DNA of 64,000 nucleotides, taken from assembly GCA_951406725.2 (NCBI GenBank), contig OX597818.1:115444001-115508000 (forward strand), read 5' to 3'. The notes under the pieces were generated by a model, which saw only the letters and a list, made by a program, of their open reading frames with translations, ran no database searches and had not been told where the DNA came from. The stretch comes from Octopus vulgaris. Lineage: Eukaryota. Position numbers and translations under genes: made by a program. Positions 1 to 12,242 of this stretch are shown here, piece after piece. Each line of letters begins with the position of its first letter. The stretch's first letter is position 1.

Positions 1-371
1 AGCATGGGTTGGACGGTTTGACTGAGGACTGGCAAGCCAAGAGGCTGCACCAGGCTCCAATCTGATCCGGCAAAGTTTCTACAGCTGGATGCCCTTCCTA
101 ACGCCACCCACTCCATGAGTGTAGTGGGTGCTTTTTACATGCCACCGGCACAGGTGCCAGGGGTGCTGGCAACGGCCACGATCAGTTGGTGCTTTTTATG
201 TGCCACCAGCATGGAAGCCAGTCAAGGCGGCGCTGGCATCGGCCATGTTCGGATGATGCCTTTTACGTGCCACCAGCACAGATATTTTATATTTATACTT
301 TTATATTCTCTCCAATAGAAATCAAATCAAAAAACTAAAGCACAGGCAAGAAATCATTTCAAGAAACTCAC

Positions 372-569
372 CTTGAATTCATCAACAGGTGTTGTTACAT
401 CACTGTCACTGTCAGGTAATTTGTGTGGGAAGAGGGTCGCCGCAAGTGCGGAAATAAAATCAGCAGAGCTGCACATTTGGGCAAAATCAGTTTGATTGTG
501 ATAAAGAAAGAGCAGGAATTGCATTAGGGTCACAGGGTAATCGTTGAGCCAGGCACCAGTCTCCTCCAT
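372..569 (-). CDS. WDFY3: WDFY3 exon 31 (MEETGAWLNDYPVTLMQF...TTPVDEFK)
   Basis: TTCCAG/GTGAGT, phase 0/0, 198 nt. Confidence 0.91.
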
Positions 570-721
570 CTGGAAGTACAAGAGAAAGGGTTCCAATGTA
601 TTTGTTGTTCTTGTTGTTGTTGGTGGTGGTGGTGGTAATACTGTGGTGATTATTTGCAACCTTTGAGCTGGTAGAGGGAAATGACCAACAGAAGAGTGAT
701 GGCTTCAGCAAACGTGGGGGG

Positions 722-960
722 GGCGAGACAGAGAGACAGACAGATAAAGAGAGACAGAGATAGAGGGGAGAGAGCGGAGAGAGAGGGAGAAAGAGAGGGG
801 AGAGAGAGAGGAGAGAGAGGGAGGAGAGAGAGAATGAGAAAAAAGAAAAAGTGAAAGAGAAAAGAGAAAGAGATGAAAAGAGAAAGAGAGGGAAAGAATG
901 AGAGAGAAAAGCAAGAGAGAGTGAGAGAGAAAAAGGGTCAGAAAGAGAGAAAAGAGAGAT
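722..960. repeat. GA-rich polypurine tract
   Basis: Degenerate (GA)n. Confidence 0.85.
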
Positions 961-1330
961 TTAATATCCCTATTATTCTAATCTCTTTTCCCATGCAGGT
1001 GTGGGTTGGATAGATGTCAGCACAATACCTCACAATTGTCCATGGTCCTGCACCATCTTCTCTGCCAAGTTGAATATTTTAAGGACTCTAACCAGAGCAT
1101 GAAATACCCAATGAAATCCACTACAACTCTCAACCTTATTTACAACCCCACCACATAAATAAAACCCTTTAAGAGGTCAGTCATCTGATTCCACTTTTTG
1201 TCAATTTCCACTGGACTAGGATTTGCTGACCAGAAGAAGGTTTTGGCCTAAGTGTTCCCTGGGTCAGTAAATTCTGAGTGGAGTTTTGTAAATTGGATAA
1301 TAATGCTTGTATTTGTTTATTTTTTATATA

Positions 1331-1520
1331 CAGGGTGATTCAAAAGTCACCATACATAGGAACAATTTATTTTTTTATAAGAAACAGTTTATAAGAACAG
1401 ATTTGTTTTATTTAACAGGCTCTATATGGTTACCATTGTTTTGAATATACATTGCAATATGTTTACCCCACTCAATATGAACTCGTAATAGCACATCTGG
1501 TGGTACCTGTTGATACATGG
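1331..1520. mobile_element. Tc1/mariner-like MITE end
   Basis: TA followed by cagggtgattcaaaagtc; partner TIR not found. Confidence 0.35.
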
Positions 1521-1724
1521 AGATTTATGAGTCACCATATAGAACAAAAATTAATATTCTGTTTTCATTGGATATCAAATAATCCAATCAGGATAGATTT
1601 CATTTTATATCAGACACATGTAACAGTAAGCTAATGAAATGAGATAAATTGAGTGAAAAATGAAGAATATGATGAGAAATTAGAAGGGAAAAAGATGAAG
1701 TAATTGAAACAGAAGAAGGTTTAC

Positions 1725-1868
1725 CTCGTTTAACATGGATCGAATCATGGACAATATTACCAATGATGCTTCGAGGCATACTTCAATCTTACTCTCTTTG
1801 GTTGCCATAGAGACTGGTTTGCTGGCAGGAACACCAAAGATCACTGTCCAAACAGCGTCAAGATTAAG
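1725..1868 (-). CDS. WDFY3: WDFY3 exon 30 (LNLDAVWTVIFGVPAS...SMIRSMLNE)
   Basis: CTTCAG/GTAAAC, phase 0/0, 144 nt. Confidence 0.92.
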
Positions 1869-1927
1869 CTGAAGGAGAAAGAGAAATAAACTTCAATGAA
1901 CAATGTGACGTCTGCTAATTAAAGTAT

Positions 1928-2160
1928 TTCACTGATGCTCTGTGACATCAGAGGAATAACACCAACTGACTTGGTAAACATCCACGAGATTAACCTCCAT
2001 CTTTCCAACAACAACCCTGGGCGCCTTATTAAATTCCATACCTCTAATGCTTGGGGACATGCTTACAAAGTCAAGAAACAACACAGCACTCATGACTTTC
2101 AGAAACATTTTTTCCATGCTCAGAATTGCTGAAGCATGGAATAAACTACCCACTTCCAGC
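1928..2160 (+). mobile_element. CR1/L2-clade LINE 3' fragment
   Basis: GHAYKVKKQH...KHFF...AEAWNKLP, typical of the CR1 ORF2 C-terminus. Confidence 0.65.
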
Positions 2161-3500
2161 TCCATCGCATGACTTTCAGAGGCCCCCTGCAACATTTTGT
2201 TTCAAAGCCCCATCACTCCAATCAAAATTCATAATCTACACACTTTTTATTCATAACTGTATTTTACTTTATTCTATCTGAAGTTCAATATTTCACGTTA
2301 TCCTAAAGAACATCTTTAAAGTTACGAGTTAAATTTATTTAGGTCCATTACAAATTTCAATAATTAAAACTTCCAGATATGAATAAAAGAGCACTTTTAT
2401 AATCCAGGCAACTTTCAAAGACAAACACAGTTCACTTTTCACTTTGTGAAATCATCAATCAGTTCAGAATAATCAAGCTGAGAGCTAAGTTTGTGTTCAA
2501 TAGACATCAAAGACAATCTACAAAGTCTGGTACATGTTCATGGTACAATGTAATATTTTTACAAGAACTTTTGCAGGTACAATGTATTACCATTTTATTT
2601 CTTGAAATTTTCAGTTAACATAGTTTAATTCTTGTTCAACATCTTAGCCAAAGTAAATAGGTGACCCATCTACATACTTTGATCATAACATGGGGCCCCT
2701 CAACCACAGAGGTCCCCTGTGACTTCAGGGGTTGCAGGGGCTTAGCAACAGCCCTACTTGCATCAGCTGTGAGCTGTTGGGACACTACAATCTTCAAAAC
2801 TTCCATGCTTCTTGAAATTCATAAATGATACACCTGATATCCCAATCCCACCTTTTTTTTTTAACAACTTATCAACTGTTCACTTCTTGTGCATAATCCT
2901 ATGAACTATTCTCATGCAGTTTCGGCAAGTTTTTCTCATAAGTTGTACTTCACCTGAGCACTGTTTACAATAAGTTCACTATTATTATTTATTTTTAAAT
3001 TATATTTTTTTATCATCAAATTCCATATCTAGAGATACCAAGAAAACAAGAGATACCAAATTAAAAACTAATCTTAACCCTTTGGCATTTAATCCAACCA
3101 AATTTGGCCCAAATATTCTAACTGTTCTATGTTCAAGCCAACCAGATCAGGCCTCTCACACCTATCCAACAATGTTGTTCTAAAAATGAATTATCACATT
3201 GTTGAAATCTTTAAGCTACAAGATTAAAGTACGATTAATTTGAAACAAAATGAATAAATAAGAATTATGTTTGACAGATTAATTGGAATTCTAAAGGGCC
3301 AAATGAAGAATGTTCCACAAACTGAATAAGCATTTACTTCCTGAAGATATGGCACCAGTGACGCAAAGAGGAAAATATTAAATCAATAACAAGATGCCTA
3401 ATTAAATAGTTTCATTAACGATGTAAAAAATTCATCTTCATATATTTCAAAGCAAACAACAAAGAAAATGAAAGATGGTTCAAAACCAAATGAAACTGAC

Positions 3501-3682
3501 CTGTATGTCAGGAGGGAATTCGTTGACTCGCTGACCAAGCAACAGAGCCATCAGAAGGAAGTAGACCTCACACACATTGTTGTGGTAGGGCAGGATCCAT
3601 TGTAGCGCCAAGAAACCAGGAACATGGCAGACATCTGTGTTTATTTCTCGTTTTTGATTCTTGTTTCCACTAACATTCAGTC
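3501..3682 (-). CDS. WDFY3: WDFY3 exon 29 (GLNVSG...REINTDVCHVPGF...YFLLMALLLGQ...DIQ)
   Basis: TTTTAG/GTCAGT, phase 1/0, 182 nt. Confidence 0.92.
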
Positions 3683-3789
3683 CTAAAATTAGAAAATAAA
3701 ATAGAGATAAATATACTTTGAAATTATTTAATTATATAATTGTGTGTGTGAGTGTATGTATTTTAATTTTTTTAATTTAATTTTTTTTC

Positions 3790-4092
3790 GCTCAAAAAGC
3801 ATAAGCAAGGCCATGTAGGGGGACATGGAGTTGTGTACAGGGAGGGTGTTCATACAAAGAGTTCAGGCCATTTCTGGTCGAGAGAGACTTTGAACCGAGC
3901 GGTCATCGGCATCTTCACTATTTTGTCCGGCAGCTTATTCCACAGATCTGCAACCCGGACGGAGAAAGCCCCTCTCCTTCGATTGAGATGAAATCATCGT
4001 AGATAGAGCTTTTCGGAGTGACCCCGCAGCCCACGCTCTGGAGCAGGAGTGAAGAACAGCTCTTTCGAGAGGTTACACTTTCCGCTTATGAA
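3790..4092 (-). mobile_element. CR1-clade LINE 3' fragment
   Basis: Minus translation LRGHSEKL...AFSVRVADLWNKLP...FKVSLD. Confidence 0.7.
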
Positions 4093-4103
4093 TGTGTGTG
4101 TGT

Positions 4104-4143
<40 letters not shown>

Positions 4144-4223
4144 CGAAATTGCATACAAGCATGGAAAAAAAACAGATGCCAGATGAACAAATGAAGAGAA
4201 AAACCATCAATGATAACACTTAC

Positions 4224-4441
4224 CCAGCATAATACTCATTTGACTCTTAAGTACAGTTTCGGTTTCATCAAGCCAGCCTCCACCATGGCCTCCCTCACGG
4301 AATCTCTGCATCAAGACACCATTTCGTAGCATCAGGATAAGGATGCGAAGTGCCAGTATCACAGTACTGCGGTGTAGATGGCTTTGCATAAACAATAGGA
4401 TCCAGTCAAAGCCAAGAACCCTGTCAATTTCCTCTGCCATA
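4224..4441 (-). CDS. WDFY3: WDFY3 exon 28 (MAEEIDRVLGFDWILLFM...GGGWL...SIML)
   Basis: TTACAG/GTAAGT, phase 2/1, 218 nt. Confidence 0.93.
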
Positions 4442-4647
4442 CTGTAAAAGACAAAGAACAAGTTATTACAGAACTGGAGTAGAAATAAGTGCAGTGAAAA
4501 GTGTAATAATGATAATAATAAATGGTTAAAGACATTCCAGTTATAATGATACAGCAGACAGGGGAAGGAGGAGGGAAAGAGTGATGGTGTGTGGATATGT
4601 AAATTACAGGAGTATGCATATACATATAACTAATAAGCACATATATA

Positions 4648-4932
4648 TAATTGAGTCACTCATAGGTAACTGATTCACCTACACATAACAGTCAGTTAAG
4701 CACACCTGAGTCACTTACACACAATTGAGTCATTTACACATAACCGAGTCACTTATGCATAATTGAGTGAAATACACACAATCAAATCGCTTAAACATAA
4801 CCAAGTCATATACACATAAATGAGTCACTTAAACATAAATGAGTCACTTAAGCACAACTGAGTCACTTAAGTATGACTGAGTCACTTAAGTATAACTGAG
4901 TCACTTGCATAAAACAGTGTTACTTACACATA
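4648..4932. repeat. 19-bp minisatellite (aactgagtcacttaagcat-like)
   Basis: TGAGTCA at 4652, 4707, 4726, 4821, 4840, 4859, 4878, 4897. Confidence 0.85.
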
Positions 4933-5039
4933 GTTATATCCTTGACTTCCTTGGCTGAGTAACTTGAGCAGGAGTTCAAGGCAATTATTTCGGAGCCGGA
5001 TGTTGTGATACGAAGGACTATCACAGAATTCAATGCCAT
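4928..5039 (-). CDS. WDFY3: WDFY3 exon 27 (DGIEF...NIRLRNNCLELLLKLL...YNY)
   Basis: TTCCAG/GTAAGT, phase 1/2, 112 nt. Confidence 0.89.
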
Positions 5040-5213
5040 CTGGAAACGGGAATAGATTAATTTACTAAATAACAACTTCACTTACTAATGCAACCATTTT
5101 CATTAAAAAACACATCAACTACATGGGAAGCACAAATTTATACATCAATTGCATATGAAACAAAGGAGGAATCTCTGTCTAGATATGGAACACAAATGTC
5201 AGTAATAATGTAC

Positions 5214-5264
5214 CATGGCCACTCTCCAGGCCATATACTACGATACTTTTGAATATGTTATGCA
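5214..5264 (-). CDS. Candidate 51-nt cassette exon (VHNIFKSIVVYGLESGH)
   Basis: TTCTTTCCTCCAG acceptor, GTACAT donor, symmetric phase 1/1, stop-free; not needed to keep the frame. Confidence 0.45.
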
Positions 5265-5333
5265 CTGGAGGAAAGAACTGCGAAGCGAAAGATGAATAAT
5301 ATATAATATAAAAGACTCGTATATGTAACATAC

Positions 5334-5449
5334 CTGGTCGCTCCTCAGGACTTTCCACATCACAGGAGGCAGAATTGACCCCATTCACTTTTATCCCCTT
5401 TTCACTTGCAGAAAAATGTGGAATCGTAGAAACAAGAAATTGTCCAAGC
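5334..5449 (-). CDS. WDFY3: WDFY3 exon 26 (LGQFLVSTIPHFSASEK...PEERP)
   Basis: TGGTAG/GTATGT, phase 2/1, 116 nt. Confidence 0.88.
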
Positions 5450-6048
5450 CTACCAAAACAAAAATTTCGAGAATCATTATTAATTCGGAATCCATAAGCA
5501 TCACTGCTTAGACACAACAGTTTCTTAGTCTGGTTAAAAGACATCACTGCTTAGCACTGTCACCTTTTTATTCTATTTACAGTGAACCCCTTAATAGAGA
5601 AACTACAGAGCCCCTACCTTCTGGTCTCTGTAGATAACCATTCTGGAATGCATGCATCCAACAGTCTGGTTAGGGAGCACTGTGAGCTGACTCAGTGTAT
5701 TTACACCAATTTGTCTATGGTGAGAAATTTTCACCATGATAAAACACAGTAAATGGGTGTGTTATGGGTTCAAATATACCGCAAGCGTATTTGAAAGGGT
5801 AACAGGTTTGTAGTTATATGCATCACTGCTTATCACTGTCACCCCACATGTGTAAATATATATATATATATATACACACACATACATACATACATACATA
5901 TCCACAGGCACATATATTTAATAGACAAAGATTAATTGACCAAATAATAATAAATATATGACCACCACTTCATGACTAATACCAACTTGCCAGAATATAT
6001 TTGCAGATGACAGAATGTTTAAATAATAATAATAATAATAATAATAAT

Positions 6049-6300
6049 AGTGACCATAATATCTCAGCAAAAGAATTTGATAAGCTCAGAAAATATAAAG
6101 ATTTGCAAATCGAAATCGAAAAGATGTGGTATCTCAAGACAGTTACAATACCAGTAATTGTAGGAGCACTTGCAATGATCAAAAAAGGAACTGAAAATTA
6201 TTTAAGAATGATCCCTGGCTTACCATACATGCAGGAAGTGCGAAAGATTGTCTTAACTGATATGTCACACGTATTGAGAACAGCACTGTCGATGTGAATT
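6049..6300 (+). mobile_element. RLE-type non-LTR retrotransposon (R4/Dong-like) C-terminal fragment
   Basis: KEFDKLRKYKDLQIEIEKMW...IPVIVGAL, directly after an (AAT)n run. Confidence 0.7.
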
Positions 6301-6535
6301 TTCTTTCCTTTTTTTTCTCTCTTTATTTTATTTATTTACTTTTCTCTCTGTCTTCCCCTTTTTCTCTATCACATGACTCCGTAAATGAACATTCTGGTTT
6401 GCTTGTTTTAATGGCCTACCAATGTATACAGTAAGTTTCTCTGCCCTAGGTGTCAGGAAGACACTCGTCAAGAAATGGAAACGGAAATGAAAGAAGATGC
6501 TAATGAAAATAATAACAATAAATGATAATACTGAC

Positions 6536-6697
6536 CTGAGAAGGGAGTTTGAATCGGATGCTCCTTGTAACAGAACAGAAATAACACTTGCAATTGTTTG
6601 GGTGGTTTGTTGTGACAGCTTGTGGTCCTTGAGGATGTGAAGAAGACGGGGTACTAACCCCACTTCCCTCATCAAATATAAGTTACTTTTATGGTCA
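6536..6697 (-). CDS. WDFY3: WDFY3 exon 25 (DHKSNLYLMREVGLVPRLL...SNSLL)
   Basis: CCTCAG/GTCAGT, phase 2/2, 162 nt. Confidence 0.91.
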
Positions 6698-6974
6698 CTG
6701 AGGAGAGAAACAATAGTGAATTCACATTAGAAACATAGGGAAGACCAAATAGCCTACTGTAATTCATCACTCAACTAGCATTCCAGTTATGACCACCTCT
6801 TTTTTTTTTGTCTGGTATATATTATCTCATATCTTGGATTGTTTTGTTCCCTATATTAATCTTTCTTTAAGACTGTCTAGTGGAGTTTAAAGGAAATTTG
6901 GCCATTTCTAGCAGGTCAAGTAACCATGTGGAGGTTCCTTTGTAGAGAAGGTAAAGTATCACAGATATAATCAA

Positions 6975-7420
6975 ATGCCGAGATACACCTGAGTTCAAAT
7001 TCAGGTACTGAATTTGTAAGTAGCGGAATTGTGACAGTCCGTCGGTTATGACAACGAGGTTTCCAGTTGATCCAATCAATGGAACAGCCAGCTTGTGAAA
7101 TTAACGAGCAGGTGGTTGAGGACTCCACAGACACGTGTACCCTTAACGTAGTTCCCAGGAGATTCAGCGTGACACAGTGTGTGACAAGGCTTTTGAAATA
7201 CAGGTACAACAGGAACCTTTGAAATACAGGTACAACAGAAACAGGAAGAAAGAATGAGAGGAAGATGTGGTGAAGGAATACAGCAGGGTTCGCCACCACC
7301 CCTGTCGGAGCTTCATGTGCTTTTGCTCAATAAACAGTCACAACACCTGGTCTGGGAATCGAAACTGCAATCCCATGACCATGAGTCCACTGCCCTAACC
7401 ACTGGGCCATTGTGCCTACA
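6975..7420 (-). mobile_element. SINE family D (tRNA-derived). Related copies 8455-8830 and 58860-59180 (opposite strand)
   Basis: Minus head gtggttagggcagtggactc...gtttcgattccc; shared body acacgtgtacccttaac. Confidence 0.7.
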
Positions 7421-7544
7421 CTGGTAGCAGAATAGAGTGTACACATATATGCACACACACACATTTATATGAAAAGAGTCCCCTAGAAGGATAGACTCAA
7501 TATTTCCCACCAGATTAAAAAAACACAAATATCAGCTTGGTTAA

Positions 7545-7720
7545 TGAGGCCCTTCTCAAGGGATGGCATGCAGCCTCGTTACCTATTGAAGTTAGCTGTT
7601 GTTACAGATTTCCAGTTAGATCAGTGACAGATTTGAAACCCAGAAAACTGAAGAAAGTCATCAAAGAATTAGGCACAGCAGCTGATTCCAGCTCAAAGAG
7701 GGCAAAGTTGATAAGTGACT
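7545..7720 (+). mobile_element. Degenerate RLE non-LTR fragment (HERO/NeSL-like C-terminus)
   Basis: GWHAASLPIEVSC...KVIKELGTAA resembles the PVEVGCRG region. Confidence 0.4.
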
Positions 7721-8327
7721 ACAAGTGGAACCCTTCCATAGGTGAAGACTAGCTCAGCCCTCGCTGCTCTACTAAAGCAAAGCGTACAGGCTAATGGATG
7801 AAACACTTGTGACCCCAAGATACCTGCTGACGATACAGAGAGGTTTCCAACCTTGTAATGGATTTAGAAGAGATTGCAAAACAATTGAGCAGCTTCTGCA
7901 GTTGCCACATGGGGCAAAGCATTTCTCATGTTTATTTTACCTATATATATCCTCTTCATCATCACCATAATTTAACATCTGTTGTCCATGCTGGCATGGG
8001 TTGGACAGTCTGGTCAGGGTTGGAAAGCTGGAAGGCTGCACCAGACTCCAGTCTGATTTGGCCGGATGCCCTTCCAATACACCAACCACCCCGAGAGTGT
8101 AATGGGTGCTTTTACACGCCATCAGCACGGATGCCATTTGCATGACACCAGTATATTTATATATATATATATATAAATATATATTCCTCAAATGATCCAA
8201 GGAATTGGACAAAGGTCAAAAACATCTCAAGTGAGGCAAAAGAGAAGTAGCAGGGACTTCAGCAATTCTTTAAAATTATTCCTTAAGAAATGAGAGAAAA
8301 AATATGAGAAATATTTGTGTTCTATAC

Positions 8328-8401
8328 CTTGATTCAGTGAGTAATTCATAGAAATGTTCATAGAGAGATTTCTGTAAGTCTCCAGGTGCTTCATGCCAAA
8401 C
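8328..8401 (-). CDS. WDFY3: WDFY3 exon 24 (VWHEAPGDLQKSLYEHFYELLTES)
   Basis: TTACAG/GTATAG, phase 0/2, 74 nt. Confidence 0.92.
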
Positions 8402-8899
8402 CTGTAAATAAAAAATTATCAAATATGCAGAAAGAAACAAACCATAAAATATTGTGGTGCTCCATCAGTTATGACGACAAGGGTCCCAGTTGATCCGATC
8501 AACAGAACAACCTGCTTGTGAAATTAACATGCAAGTGGCTGAGTACTCCACAGACACATGTACCCTTAACATAATGGTCAAGGAGATTCAGTGTGACACA
8601 GAGTGTGACAAGGCTGACCCTTCGAAATACAAATACAACAGAAACAGGAAGAAAGAGTGAGAGAAAGTTGTGGTGAAAGAGTGCAGCAGGATTCGCCTCC
8701 AACCCCCTGCCGGAGACATGTGGAGCTTTGGGTGTTTTTGCTCAATAAACACTCACAATGCCCGGTCTGGGAATCAAAACCGCGATCCTACGACCACGAG
8801 TCCGCTGCCCTAACCACTAGGCCTCCACCATAGCATATACACAACATACAATTAGAATCCTCACAACCATCAAATATTCTTGCTGTAATGACCTTTGAT

Positions 8900-9045
8900 G
8901 ATCCTGCATGGTAATCGGATATGTATAGATTACCAAATATAAATTCACACATAATATGGTGTGAGGGAAAGAAAGAAGTAAGTCTGGTCAAGCTGACAGT
9001 TCCCTCTGAAGATAACACGGAGGCTGCTCAGATTCGAAAAGAACT
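8900..9045 (+). mobile_element. Degenerate RLE endonuclease fragment (HERO/NeSL-like)
   Basis: IIWCEGKKEVSLVKLTVPSEDNTEAAQIRK resembles the ELTVPWE..A..RK motif. Confidence 0.5.
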
Positions 9046-9136
9046 CAACCATTATCCATTGTCTGACTTCTCCTTAAGCGCACAAATATACATCTTCAAA
9101 CACTCGCACTGACCAAGCAGATTTTACAATACTCAC

Positions 9137-9289
9137 CTCAAGATCACAGAGGAGGTCCTCAAATGCTGATCTGTTTGGAATCACAGAACTTTCTCGCCCA
9201 CTATCCACAGTACCCACCAATGAGAAGGTCAAATGTAAGATGTGACTGTTTAACAAATGACGTTTCTTTTTATACAGCATTGACAAAGT
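9137..9289 (-). CDS. WDFY3: WDFY3 exon 23 (TLSMLYKKKRHLLNSHILHLTFSLVGT...DLLCDLE)
   Basis: TTCTAG/GTGAGT, phase 0/0, 153 nt. Confidence 0.94.
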
Positions 9290-9913
9290 CTAGAAAGAGA
9301 GAGAAAAGAAAAAAATACATTAAGACAGATGAGAATTTTGGTCAATACACAGCACATTCCAATGTTTAGTCATCTGAGATGAGTTATTAGAAGAATATAC
9401 TTTTATTTCATTGAAGAAAGATTTTGCTTAAAAGTTCAATGTTTCCATTTCTTCACAGCAAATGAATGTATACAAATTTCTAAAGTTTGATCATGTTTTT
9501 ACTCAACACAGACTCCTAATTGCTTCCTGAAACTTTGGGGTTTTTTTATTTATTAAGTAAAATAGAATTAATTTATAAAAGAGTAAACTCAATTTTTTTG
9601 TTTTTCAATGTAAACTACATTACAAGGGGTGTATGAGAAGTTTTGAGCCTCAAAAAAAGCAAAACAAGGTACAAGATTTTACAAAGAGTAAAAACAGAGA
9701 GAGTATAATTTTAATCTTTTCTACTAAAGGCACAAGGCCTGAAATTTTTACAAGAAAGGAGGCTAGCCATTTATATTGCACCCCCCACCCCACTTCAAAG
9801 GGGAATAAATCTGCAATAACAAAAATAAATAAAGGAAAAGAATGAAAATTTGAAGGACGACACAAGTAAGAGATATGGATGAGAAAATGGGAGAAAATGA
9901 AATGCTCTTTTAC

Positions 9914-10104
9914 CTGATAACCGCGTATTCTGTCCATATCCCACATAGAGGATTTGTTACTGCGCACAACGCAGACTAATGCTTTTACGGCTGCATACAG
10001 ACCCTCAACATCGGTGGCCATTGCGATAAGACCGAGTAAAGCCCCAGTACCTCCAACATTTTCCAGCATCTTGGCAACTGGTCTCGGACAGAATGTCCGT
10101 ACAC
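9914..10104 (-). CDS. WDFY3: WDFY3 exon 22 (GVRTFCPRPV...DVEGLYAAVKALVCVV...IRGYQ)
   Basis: CTGAAG acceptor (AAG type), GTAAAA donor, phase 1/0, 191 nt. Confidence 0.93.
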
Positions 10105-10697
10105 CTTCAGAAAGAACGAGAATAATAGAAGCAGCATGAGAATCAAAGAAATACCAGTATAAAGTAATCTTAGAATAATGCAGACAATTCTTAGAATGGT
10201 GCTGAGGAAAATCAAAGAGACAAATGCTCAGTACCTGAAAATGATGGAATAGGACCATCCATCAAATTAACAATTCATTATCTTAGATTACATCAGTGCT
10301 TCTCAGCCTCTTTACCACTGCATAAAAAAAAAATTATAAATTTGATAACTTTGATAGGTTTTGGCCAGTATAGGCCTAGGGAAAACTGGACAGTAAATGA
10401 CTGTGAGGAAGATGATGATACACGAACACCACTAGCATAGCTGGTGGTGATGTTGGTGGAGACGATGGTCCATTCTGGACGGCATTTTTAAAGGGGTGGC
10501 ACTTTTGGAACTACTGTAGACATTATGAATTTTGTTTTTGGTGTGGGGTCTGTGGGCAACAAACAGAAGGGCTGCCCTAGGCAGCACACACATTAACTAC
10601 ACTAGTGACACACACACACACACATCTAAAAACACACCTAAATATTCATACATAACAGCTGCAAAACTTGCATCCAATTTAAGGGCTTTTGACTTAC

Positions 10698-10809
10698 CCA
10701 GGTATCCCATTAGTATCGCTCCTAAACTACGAGCTGGTCCTCCGAGATGACAGGCTGAATTGTGAAGAATACGGATAGGAGTTGCATTTTCATGTGAGCC
10801 CATAGCCAG
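10698..10809 (-). CDS. WDFY3: WDFY3 exon 21 (LAMGSHENATPIR...GAILMGYL)
   Basis: TTCTAG/GTAAGT, phase 0/1, 112 nt. Confidence 0.93.
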
Positions 10810-11279
10810 CTAGAAAAGCAACAACAAACACATTGGATGAAATTGAAATTAAAAAAGATAATTATTTAAAAGAAATATCAATTGTGACATCAAACACAAG
10901 ACTAATTGAATTAACCCTTCTAAAATTTATTTCAAATTTTGACACAACACCAGCAATTACAAGTAAGAGGTTGAGTTGATTCTGTTGACACTAGTACTCA
11001 ACTGGTACTCGTTCTATAAACACTGAGAGGATGAAAGGCAAAGTCAACCTCGGTGGAATTTGGAAACAGAATATGAAGACAGATGAAATGCTGGCATGTT
11101 AACAATTCTGACAGGTTGCTAAATTCTTTTGACTCTTCTAACATTAACTTGTTTGAGTATTCAAATTTACATTGAAATCGTAATCAATATAATATCAAAA
11201 CTTGAATGATATTGTAAGACGAACAATATAATATATAGTATTAATATATATAATTATAGTATAGCACATATGAAAAACA

Positions 11280-12010
11280 TCACCATCATTGTTCATTTAA
11301 CATCCACTTTCCATGCTAGCATGGGTTGGATAATTTGACTGAGGACTGGCGAACCAGATGGCTATACCAGGTTCCAATCTTGATCTGGCAGAGTTTCTAC
11401 AGCTTAATGCCCTTCCTAATGCCAACCACTCCAAGAGTGTAGTGGGTGCTTTTACGTGCTACCGGCACGAGGGCCAGTCAGGCGGTACTGGCAACAGCCA
11501 TGCTCAAATGGTGCTTTTTATGTCCCACCTGCACAGGAGCCAGTCCAGTGACACTGGCAACGACCTCGCTCGAATGCTTTTTCACATGCCACCGGCACAA
11601 ATGCCAGTAAGGCGACGCTGGTAACGATCATGCCCGAATGGTGCTTCTTACATGCCACCAGCACAGAAGTCAGTTAGCTGCTCTGGCAACGCAGTTAACT
11701 GGCTTCTGAATAACATATAACAATATATATGACAAACATGGTGCCAGCGTCTGTGTCGGTGACACGTAAAAAGCACCAACCATGGCCGTTAGCCAGCCTC
11801 CTCTGGCCCCTGTGCTGGTGGCACGTAAAAAGCACCCAACTACACTCACGAAGTGGTTGGCGTTAGGAAGGGCATCCAGCTGTAGAAACACTGCGAGATC
11901 AGACTGGAGCCTGGCGCAGCCTCCTGGCTTCCCAGACCCCGGTCGAACCATCCAACACATGCTAGCATGGAAAACGGACGTTAAACGAGGATGATGATGA
12001 TGATGATGAC
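11280..12010. mobile_element. SINE family A, adjacent inverted pair. Other copies near 1, 7955, 14455, 17510, 19440, 22345, 23885, 25910, 27085, 29440, 32230, 35375, 35600, 48310, 55680
   Basis: Shared core ccatgctagcatgggttgg...ctggatgcccttcctaacgccaaccac with a (CAT)n/(GAT)n tail. Confidence 0.85.
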
Positions 12011-12242
12011 GGGTCATGTAGGCCACAAGAGTTACTCACCTGAAAGGAAGTAAATTATTATCACAATTTCTATGCATCCACACAAATTTACAAAACCAAC
12101 CTAATTTATATTTAGATACAAATAAAATTTGGATGAAGAAAAAAGCCAGTTTCTCTCCTTTTTTTTAAAAAAAAACAAATTTAAAAAGTATGCAAAAAAT
12201 CTTCAAAAACATTTTCTCTAAAATTGTTTGAAAGAACTTTAC

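Noticed and set aside
661-667. 7-nt microexon candidate (CCAG|CTCAAAG|GTTGCA)
   Set aside because: Weak donor, and inclusion would frameshift exon 31; exons 30 and 31 already join in phase.
11358-12026. Recurrent ORFs containing FLQLDALPNANH
   Set aside because: Translations of SINE family A copies with inconsistent frames and stops.
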